From Auanema rhodensis (Eukaryota > Animalia > Nematoda): DNA of 64,000 bases. The notes under the pieces are model-generated. The model was given only the letters and a program-made list of their open reading frames with translations, was not told the origin of the DNA and did no database searches. Numbering within the stretch: the stretch's first letter is position 1; every line of letters begins with the position of its first letter. Position numbers and translations under genes: made by a program. The stretch covers positions 14,136,001-14,200,000 of the forward strand of contig OZ059898.1 of assembly GCA_964057225.1 (NCBI GenBank), in the 5' to 3' direction. Below, in pieces: positions 53,480 to 64,000 of the stretch.

Positions 53480-54819
53480 TGCGTTGTACCCTTCTATTGA
53501 GTATTCTTAAAAACGATACAATATTAGATAAACTGAAAAAGGATAAGCAAAATGACGACGAGAAACAATCAGCAAAAACAACAAAAAAAAGATTGAACGT
53601 TAAGAAAATATATGAGAATACTTGTACTACTAAATATAGAGATGTCACAAACTATATATAGATCTTATTCAAGTAGATCAGCTTCTACATTTGTTTGTCC
53701 GTTCATCGCCTCTGGCTATATATGATGTTGATTATAAGAAAGTGGGCGAGAACGAGGGGGAGGAGGGGGAGGTGGAGTAGAAGTAGTAGTAGCTGGAGAT
53801 AGATGATGTGATCTGATTGAACAACGACGCCAGCTCAGAAGATGAATCTCAGAGAATACGAAGGAACGAGAGAACAGACACTAAGAGATAGGCAATGAAG
53901 CATGTGAGAGAGAGAATTTAAATCTATCTTTAAGGTTTTCATCACAGCTTTTCGCTTCTCTAAATATTTCCAAAATAGCTCTGAGCTCTCAATTGACGTG
54001 GAGTGAGAAAAATTGGGAAAGAAAACGTCCGGTTTTGCGTGTTAAGAGCAATTCCCAAGAGAGAAGAAATGAAATAGCCACTAGGGTTACTCACGTGTTT
54101 GGTCTAACAGGCGGGTCACAATCTAATCAGACAAGTTACTTTTCAGAAAGCTGTTCTTAGAAATGGTCCTCAAAGAACTCATGAAAAGTAGGTAAAAAGG
54201 AAAAAAGTGCTTGATCAAGATCTTGCTCATCAGACACAAGCAACTGCCTCGTTGAGCAATCTTAGAACGTGCACGATGACGACAACATGATCCAGTGAAA
54301 AGTAATTCTGAAACCTTAATTAAGAGTCTGTTTTGAAGGAGAAGAAGTAAAAGAGGAAGCAGCTGAGATAGAAACAAGGATGAACGTCGACGACAAAGAC
54401 ATTGAAGGATGATGAACGTAACATGTCTGAGACATTCCTCACAAGGAAAACTGAATATGACATGAGGTGTCTAAGTACGGCAGTTAGATGAACTCTGGGT
54501 ACATGCTATTGGTGGCACAACACACGCTACAACAATAATAAAATCAACAAGCAGTAGAAGCTCACACAGCAGAACTGACTTGTGCAGTCAGATTCAGGAA
54601 CTAATATAAAGCTTTGTATATGCGCGAGTGTAGTCAACCACATATACATATAAGGTCATGTCTCCAGGCTGTGTTGTGCCTTCCCACTTACGCAGATGAC
54701 TTTATAATCAGGTTTGCAGTAGATTTGATGGATTCTGGAGTGGGTGAGAGATAAACATATATTGAAATCAAATGAGCAATGCTGTTCATTCAGCAGAGTG
54801 GAGGTGAATCAGGGCGATA

Positions 54820-55280
54820 TTACCATTTAGTGAAAATAGGACAATACTGGAATACGACGAGATGCAAGCGAGGGTGGCCGGCCAAATTAGTAAATAGAAA
54901 ATGAAGCAAGAAATTGGGTAACAGAAGACACACATCACAGTTTACCAACACGGAATTGATGATGAGCAACAGAGACGGAAGACGCGAAACTGCGACGGAT
55001 GTCTTCAAGCAGTTTCGTTTAAGAAAAAAAATTTTGAGACAGCAGAAACCCACTAGGTTTAGACCACCGTCTGCCAAACTTTTTTGTGACGAAATGAACG
55101 GCAAGTTGACAATACGAAAGAGAGAGAGAAATAGGGAGAAAGAGCACGTAAGCACGTGAAGGGTTACGACATCAAGAACCCGCATCTGACGGAATAAGGC
55201 ATAATTAAGAAGTTGAGAAGGGAATTTGAAGATGCGGTGGAAGACCCTCGTCAGACAAACGAAATGAAGCCTTGGAAATG
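54820..55280 (+). mobile_element. Possible decayed Tc1-like transposase fragment
   Basis: GC-richer patch; KRGWPAKLVNRK resembles the GRPxKL motif and KLFCDE..GKLTIRKR resembles the xFSDE..DG..VRR motif; stop codons present; weak. Confidence 0.3.
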
Positions 55281-55882
55281 AGAAAAGTAAACTAGATGTT
55301 GAAGTTAACGCTATCTCTCTTTCAACTAGCTATGGCTATATATATATATAGTATATAGTATATATAGCACTGGAAGTAGTTGAAAGTTAAAGATGATGAG
55401 ATGGGGTGTAGTAGTTGTTGCTTCTGTACTGAGCTTCATCTCTTCTCAAAGGATGGTGAGAACAACGAAGAGAAAAGCAATTGAAACGGAATGGAAGAGA
55501 GGAAGCTAGATAGAGGCATACAGACGAATATCTTTACTTGCATGAGGACAGTTGAACGTATGAGTATCTACTCAGCCATCTGTTTATGTGTGTGTGTGTG
55601 TATCCTATGTATGGGTGTCTGTGTGTATTTTGTTTTTTTTTTTTAGAAAAAAACATTTAAAAATAAAAAAAAAGAAAGAAAAAAAAGAAAAGAAGTTAAA
55701 GAACAATTGTAAGTGGAATAACACTGAGAACAGAAAAAGCTCTGATGTGATTGATTCTGAACAGATGAGAGTATAATTGGCAATAAGGCGATACCCGAAG
55801 GACAATAACTGAACGATTCCTGACCTCAGCTATTTCTTGTTATTCACTCGTACTCATCACTAATTTTCTTTTTCTTTTACTT

Positions 55883-55914
<32 letters not shown>

Positions 55915-56230
55915 TCTCCCTCTCTCTCTCTATCTCGTTCTCACCCTCTTTTCATCTCTATGTCTTTCTAGATGTCATATATGATAACTTAGTCAACTGC
56001 TTCGTTTAACTCAACTCCCCCTGTTGTTCTTTGTAAACTTTTTAGAAATTATTTTCAAAATAGGATATGATGAAAGAGCCTTTTCAGTGCAATTTAAAGA
56101 TAAAAATGTTAACATCTTTACATATATTATAAGAAATGCTATTTATGTGCTATAGTTAGAATCTTAAACGAATTTCAGTAAATCTTTAATATTAGATCTT
56201 CTCAAAGGAGATTAAAATGATGATGAACAA

Positions 56231-56265
<35 letters not shown>

Positions 56266-57364
56266 TACAAGCTTTTCAGGAGATGTATACTTTCCAAATA
56301 TTGAAAAAGAAACCTTTAAGAGATTATGATTATAAATTTTATCAAATTATCATAAGGATTCTATGCACCTGCTTCAATTAAAGTTTTTCTTAAAAGGACT
56401 CTCTCTCTCTCTCTCTCTCTTACTCACTCTCTCTCACTCTCTCTCTCTTTCATTCTCTCTTCTTAAATAGTATTTTGATATATTTTGTTTTCTAAGTTTT
56501 CCATGTTTAGAATTTATAGATTAATAACATATAGTTTCGAGAGGCTATTCGAATAAGTAAAATATGATTGTTTTGAAGGGGACTATAAGTTGGAGAATAA
56601 GAGAGAGAGATAGCGAGAGAGAGAGAAATGAATAAAGAGAGAAAGAGAGAGTGTTGTACCTTTTAACAACTGAAAAGGCAATAAGACTTTTGGCGCTGTT
56701 TAGTTGGTCATCTGAAAATGTCTATAGATGAAGTTACAAGACTATTTAATTAATTTCATTTTCATTTATTCCAGACCACAGTCAGTGCTTCTTCTACTTT
56801 AATTCATTTTCTTTATATATTTCTTTGAATTTCTTTAAATAATTATAAACTTAATTATAAAAACAATGATTTAAGATCTTCTAATAGTATAGTAAAGAAG
56901 AGAAATATTATTTAAATTTCCTTTAAGAGCATGGCAGCTTTAGATAGAGATTCTTTGTTCAAGAAATTAAAATGAAATATAGAGAATATGATTATGAGAG
57001 GATGGAGACCTTTCAAATATTATGAGGTTCAACGTGAAAATGAATTGTTAAGCCTATGTTTGAGCTTGATCCTTGAGACGTTGAAATGCTTCAGTGTCTC
57101 CCTTCTACTTGTTCTCTCCCTCTCTCCCTCTCTCCCTCTCTCTCGTTATATCTTGAAAGTTAATCAGTGAGTTGTTTCGCAAATATTGAAAGCAATACAT
57201 ATAAAACTTATCAGAAATTAGGCTATTCCATGAAAAGCAAAGAAACATAGTGCTGATAGATTTCAAAATTCCTTTTTGACAACAAAGTGACATAAAGGGA
57301 AGTAATGAAGAATTGTGGCTAGAAAGTTAGGAACTTGAATGACTGATGGTTGAAAGAGAAACGG

Positions 57365-57367
<3 letters not shown>

Positions 57368-57432
<65 letters not shown>
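57368..57432. repeat. (GA)n microsatellite
   Basis: Direct read. Confidence 0.95.
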
Positions 57433-57439
<7 letters not shown>

Positions 57440-60039
57440 TAAAAGGATTGAAGTTTTGAAGTTAAATAGTGAAGAAACCCAGGTTATTCAACATCAATGG
57501 ATATTGTTTCTAAAATAATATATTTTCCTTTTTAAAATTTTAATTTTACAATTGTATAGGATGTCATTGTTGTTGGTTATTTGAAAATGGTAGAAAAAGT
57601 ACAGGAAAAGGTAATACTCTAAATGACTAAATGATCAAAAGAGCTGAACGGAACAAAGCGAAGAGAATGATTGAAGAGAGAATATGAGTAAAATGGATTT
57701 TTCTGAGTGAAGATGCCATAACATACATACATACATTGACTTACTTGCTTTCATTTCAAGCTTTTTGTAAGAAAAAAAAGATGTATTTTGCTGGAGAAAG
57801 GTGATGTCATGACTACGAATTAGGTATTTAAGTGCTGGAATGATGTAGCATCTGATAGTATATGATCGTTCTTTTATATTTTTTAAGGTAAAATCAATGA
57901 CAACTCTTGCTCAGTAGCATATAATAGCGATGAAGGGGGCGAAAACGATATGAAAGCTGGGTATGCTTGTTAAAGCAAAACAAAAACCATTCGTAGACGA
58001 CCACAGAAGGAAACAGAAGAATGCAGAAGAAGCTACCTTGACTGTGTTCTTGTTTCTGCTCTTCTTGCTCATGAACTGACGACGATGGTGTAGTTGAAAC
58101 GTTGCCGTTGCAAGTCTGTGTGTGCGTATGCTGTGCACGACTTCAACTGCAACATTGACAAGGAAGAAGTGAACTGTTGATTTGCTCATCGGTCCATTTG
58201 AATAAGAGGCGGAGAAATGGTCGTAACGATACTCAGTGAAGAAACTCATTTTAACGACTAATTTTGCTATTTAAATGTAAATTTGTCGATTAGTAAAACG
58301 TAGAAAAGATAATTTTTGTGTTTGAATTGAAATGAGAAGGCGTCAATTCTTCTCTGAACGATCGTATGACCCGCCTGTGGGTTATCCGAAACTCCAAATT
58401 TCCCTTGGGGCCAATTTTTCGAAATCATAAATATTTTTTTCTGTAAATTCTATGAACTAGAGTTAAGGCCAAATACGGCTGATCTTGTTGTCTTGTTACG
58501 TAAGACAAACGATCTAAAGGTTAAAAGCAAGTTGAAATGGGTGTGATGATACACTTGATCATATGAGTTTGTAAACTTACTCTGGCTTCAACATCTTCGA
58601 TAGTGCTGTGGATCGCAAAGTTGAGAAAAATGATTTAAGACCGAAAATAGAAAGAGAGAATGAGAGAGAGACAACGAGTGAAAGAGAGAGAGAGAGAGAG
58701 AAAGAAAGAAATACATAGAGAGATAATAGGAGGGATATCCATAGTTTTTCATCTTCACTTTAGCAAGTTTGCAAAACAGTTGATAAACTGGAATAGCTTT
58801 ATGCCCCTACCCAACATCTACAAATGCTGTTCCTAAACAAAAGTTCAAAGGCTGAATACTTCTGACAAAGTCCGTTGTGTGTATGTCAAATGTGTGAGTG
58901 TGAGTATGTACATATGTATGTCGACACAAGAGAATTCAACCATACGTGATAAAGATTCCCGATGGATTTGTTTTCAATTCACGATTTGTGCTTATCTGGA
59001 AACATAAATGCTCATATGTATATTCATATATTTGAAGAAGACGAAGAAGATAAAGAAAGAAAGAAAGAAAGAAACAAGAAACAAAGTACAGTTGAAGGAC
59101 GTTTATGATGCTTAGATGAAGCATAGAAACTGTTTGAAATATAAGAAGATGACGAAATAAAGTTTGATAAAGAAGAGCATGAAGAATGATATAAGACATA
59201 TGGAACAATGAAGAATAAAAATGCAAAAGAAAAATGAATTTTGCATCAGACAGATTAGACTGATTCTGATGCAGTTAATCCTTTCTTCTCCATTTTTTCA
59301 TAATTTTCCTCTTTTTTAGATTACAAAGAAGACATTGTGACATTGGTTTTCCATATTATGAGGTTGGTCAGTTTTTTCTGGCAAGTCTACTGAAACTATG
59401 AAAACTTGATAACAGCACTCTGGCTGCGCTTGATATGATGTTCAACGTTTTTTGAGAGCTTGCTGACCACTTGAATTCATCTTCGTCCTCAAAACAGCCC
59501 GTAGGGAATTGAGCTGTTCGAAAGTCAGTGTCACTTGTTCCCTTAGTTACCCTTCTCTATTCATTTTTTCTTCGTTTTCACCCACCTCATCTTTCATATA
59601 CTCTTTCTCTCTCTTTCTAGCTCTCTATTTCTCTTTCTTTCATTCATTCACTATCTAATATCTTCATGCTCTTCTTAACTTAACTTCAGTATCTTGAGTT
59701 CAATTGTAGAAGATGACAACGAGACGAAGAGGATGATGAGAACTGAGAAGAAGATGAAACAGAAGAAGAAGAGAAAGAGAGAAAGATAGTAGAACAATTC
59801 TTAGTAGTTTCAAGTATTTCTGAGAAAACCATGAGAGATCCAAATGAACTACTGGCTGTCCGTCAACTCTTTGCAGATCCCTAAAGGTATTACTCTAAGG
59901 AAGTATAAGAAATGAGATAAACGACAGATTACGTCATCATCAATCCATGTATGACGATTGCTATAAGATCTGAAAACTAATTTTGTGATAGATCGTATAG
60001 TAGTAATAGCACTAAGACTAAATCGACTGACTTCTCTGA

Positions 60040-60215
60040 TACTTATTAGCTGGCAATATAATTGCATGAGAATTGGTAGAGTATTTGTGACAATTAGAAA
60101 GACGATGAGCATTTTCTTTAAACGTCTTACTAGCTTGAGAGAGCTGGGCATTACAGATGTTCAAGAAAAGGTCAAGAGAGAAAAAATGGCTTTCGAAGCA
60201 TACATCTATGAGGTA
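60040..60215 (+). mobile_element. Possible decayed RTE-clade non-LTR retrotransposon C-terminal fragment
   Basis: LRELGITDVQEKVKREKMAFEAYIY resembles the RTE tail pattern LRxxTGVxDIxxxxxxxKxxWAGHV; weak. Confidence 0.3.
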
Positions 60216-60767
60216 AAGTTGTTCTTATAAGCTCTTTTGAATTTCAAAATACTTAAATATTGGGTTGAAAGAAGTAAAATATAAAACATAGCTCATAAAA
60301 AAACTTTTGCAAGCATGAGCTAGGAAACTCCTGATAAATGTCAATGGAATTAGAGTGCAAGCAATGAACCTTGCAGCCAAAAACGAAAAACTTTATTTGA
60401 AGAACATGCTTAAGATGCAGAATGACTGAAAGGAATGTGGAATTGAAATTGTTGTTTTCTTTTCTAGATGAATAACTAGAAATACTATATAAATTGCTTT
60501 AAGTTGTAATAATATGAGTTAGATGATTCATGAGCATTTGACCAGCGTCTTGACGGAGTAATGAAAGATGTCAGAATGCAAGTTGTAGTAGTAGCAGTGT
60601 TAGAAGTGAGTGAGGAAGTATTAGTTCTATCAATTTGTGTTCCGAAAAAAAGAATCTTATGTATATATATAACTATATATATAACTATATATATATATAC
60701 ATTACTATATCTTCTAAATGAGTATGAAACTGAATAAAAATAGAAATAAATTAGTCATCTGACATCA

Positions 60768-60832
60768 TTATCATCATCATCATCATCATCATCATTTTCT
60801 TTGCTTCTTCTTCTTCTTCTTCTTCTTCTTCT
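60768..60832. repeat. Compound (CAT)n/(CTT)n microsatellite
   Basis: Direct read; ends approximate. Confidence 0.85.
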
Positions 60833-62036
60833 CTTCGTTTTCTTCATAGTTATATCTAGTTATAGAACTAATTAGAATATTAACGTCACGTTATTACACG
60901 TGTATACGTGTAAAATAAGTAAAATCTACGTGAAATGTTTATGAAATAAGCACATTTATACATTATGTAGAAGCTTGAAGCGGTTGTTTTTTAATATTTT
61001 AAACTTTTTTATCTTAAAGCTTATAGTTTTTCAGAGCATTTTGACACTGTTATCCACCATCAAGTTGCTCTCCGTCATTATTTTCTGGTTTGGTCAGGAT
61101 CAAGTCAATTGGATTGAAAAGTGAAAAATGGAAAAGAAAAACAATGAGAATTATGGTGCGAAGCATTATAAGTGATACTGAAAAGCTTAGACAGAGAAAA
61201 TCTAAAATCTAAAATAGTAATCAATCTATTCTCTTCAAAGGATAAGAATGATCTCAGAATGTGCTTAAAGGCTATAATTTGGTTTGATATCTGATCATTC
61301 TATCTATTACTAATCTAAACTTTTAAAACATTTCAAGCAAAACAATCAAGATTTCAAAAGAAACAAAATAAGACGAAATTCAATTAAGAGCAACCCTTTA
61401 AGTAAATTTCTTTAAAGTTCAAGAAAGAAGAATCTCTGTTTTAAGTATAGAACAATGGAAAAACATCAAAAATCCTCCAAAATTATTCAAAAATACAATA
61501 ATTTGATTGAAACAAATGCTCATCATTCATGAAATTAAGACGGAATTACTTACATTTAAGAATATTTTTTCTGTATTCTATAGGGCTAGAAGTTTCAAAA
61601 CAGAAATGACATCTATTCTTCAATATCTAGACATATATATATCCGTATTTGATATTACATCTACATATTATGTTTGTAATATTATGCCAATAAATAGACA
61701 AAAAAAAAGAAATGAAAAAAGAATATTTACACTTTTCTTCAAATAAACAAATTAAAATTTTAAAAATTTTTGTGAAATATACATAGATATGTAAGAAATA
61801 ATGTATATTTCGAAAGAGAGAGAGAGGGGGGAAAGAGAGAGAAAGAAAGAGAGAGAGAGATGTATAAAGAGTAGAAGATAGAAAGCAAGAACTATGTATG
61901 TAAAATGTAGAAAAACAATATTTTAAGACAAACATATTACCTTTTTAAAACAATTCTTCTCACTCGTAAGTGCACGGATCCTTAGATACTGAATGTGCAA
62001 AAAATGCACAAGAAATGAAAAAGACAGAGAGAGAAT

Positions 62037-62053
<17 letters not shown>

Positions 62054-62101
<48 letters not shown>
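62054..62101. repeat. (AG)n microsatellite
   Basis: Direct read; ends approximate. Confidence 0.9.
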
Positions 62102-62103
<2 letters not shown>

Positions 62104-64000
62104 TAGAAGGAAATATGAAGACCTAAAAAATGAACATGAGAATGAGAATAAAAAAAAAGAAAAAAAAACGAAATAATACAGGAAATACACGGGGGTGGAT
62201 AACTGAGAAGGTATTTCATGTTATGAATAATAATATATCAACCATAATAAGTATTGTTTTAATACTTTTTACATTATTTTTTATGAATTTTAATGTGAAA
62301 ATATAAATTATAACATAGATATACATATAAATAGAAATATATGTATATATAGACGTATAGCTAACATATACCATATACATATAGTTAAAGGTGAATGCTC
62401 TAAGCTTATGCTATCATGAGAATGTTAAGTATATGATTTTCATTGAAAATCAAAGTACATATAGATGTATAAGTATAATAATATTTATAAATTTGAATTG
62501 TTTTTTTCCCAAAACTTGTATGAAATATTGAAAATCTTTGCATTTTGCATAGATAAATCATTTTTTCTTTTTTATAGACATACATACATACATATACATA
62601 TATCTTATAAGAACTATTAAAGAGATTTCAAAACATGATGACGATGAATAGTAGCAGCAGCAGCAGCAGCAGCAGCAGTGAAGTTTGTGGTACTGGTAGA
62701 TGAGGTTGGAGCTACTAGTGCTACTGCTACTGACTACTACTACTGAAAGCTATATAGAATAGTATCAGGTTCAAATGGCAGAAAGCATCAAATTAATATT
62801 TTTTTTGTTTTTGACCTGTTAATAACGAAAAAAAAAAAGAATTCCGGTATTGTATATATACATATGTATATTTCGTGACCAAATATGTATATATGTATAG
62901 TTTAATTGCTTAGTTGTTGATCGTTAAAGACAGAGACATCAACAAACGATAACAGAGTATTATATTGAAATTAATAGTTAATAAAATTATTCATTTTACT
63001 CACTTTTAGTCTATGAATATACCAAAATAAGAACCAATATCTACCAACCCTCTCTTCTTCTTCTTCTTCGTCTTCTATACGCTTAAGTTTTTTTCTCTCT
63101 CTTACCTTTCTCTTTTTCGATTTTTATCTATCTCTCTCTCTCCCTCCTTTTTTTCCGTTTTTGTACATATTTCATCAAAATAATGAAGAAAAAACATATT
63201 TTTCTACTGGCTGTGTGCATCTGGTACCTCAGTAATTCCACACCATGCTTCAACCACCTCTTCCACACACCCCCCCCCCACCTACTTCTTTCCTTAACTT
63301 TTGACTTTTCAGACAACAGTCCACGTTTCCTGAATAGATTGAGCTTCGATTTTGACGTCGTTCAAAGTCCGGAAACGTTTGGTGCTATTGCTACAAGTCT
63401 ATAGAATCAAGTATTCTATATCATATACAAATAGTTTTTATTCTCGTTAGAAGGAATAATTCTGAATACAACTGTGCTGTGTCATACCCAGGGGGAAGGG
63501 AGGGGGGACAATGTTCAAAGACTTCATAGCTCATCAAAGCAGCCAATTTTTTTTTGTAGGTCATCCCCCATAAAACATTTTCAGTAAAAAACGAAAGAGG
63601 AAGAAGAACGAAAGATAAATGGCCACCACAGTATGAGAATCAGAAATTATGGGTTACAGATCACATCAAATGTTTGAAAAGTAAAAGGTAAATGGATCAA
63701 GTTTGAACTTTTTTTTTGTTTTTCAACATTTTTAGCAAAAAGTCATAGTCGTAGACGAAGAAATTGGAGAAAGAAAAGGGAGCATAAAGAAAAAAAGAAA
63801 TAGGAAAGGAAAAGACATGAATTAGATATGAAAATATAATAAAAGACAAGAAATAATAATAAAGAGTAAAGAGAGTACATACAAGTATCTACAAAATATT
63901 TAAAAAAAAAACTTAAAAAGTAAGTTTTCGAAAAGTATTAATGTCAATCATTAGTTGAACTTAAGAAAAATGAGAAAAAAAAAAGTTTGAAAACAGTTTG

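Noticed and set aside
57911-58249. 112-aa minus-strand ORF MSFFTEYRY..
   Set aside because: No recognisable motif or splice context; probably a decayed transposon patch that cannot be assigned without a search

Overview
AT-rich, intron-rich nematode genomic DNA (short GT..TTTCAG introns, nematode-specific gene families). Bases 1-13.5 kb are a tandem array of ~264-270-bp units, each with an identical minus-strand tRNA-Gly(TCC) gene: 29 full copies and 3 partial. The array is interrupted inside one tRNA copy by a 5.3-kb insertion (5258-10532). The insertion carries (i) an internally deleted BEL/Pao (Cer-like) retrotransposon ORF, in which a Gag-like N-terminus is fused to the integrase C-terminal domain and a truncated phlebovirus-type envelope, between two 160-bp direct repeats, and (ii) a module made of a perfect 52-bp hairpin whose loop holds the 3' 12 nt of tRNA-Gly(GCC)-CCA, directly joined to a full tRNA-Gly(GCC) with genomically encoded CCA. 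The rest of the window holds spliced host genes, assembled here by hand: a secreted mucin-like protein with a 6-Cys C-terminal domain, a small unknown gene in a mosaic tandem duplication, an MLT-10-family gene, a GPI-type integrin-beta-like gene lacking the beta-I domain, a divergent Patched-related gene, an IL-17-receptor-like SEFIR gene, and an nlp-14 neuropeptide precursor. The last ~10 kb is gene-poor and rich in (AG)n microsatellites. No database searches were run; family calls rest on motif recognition.
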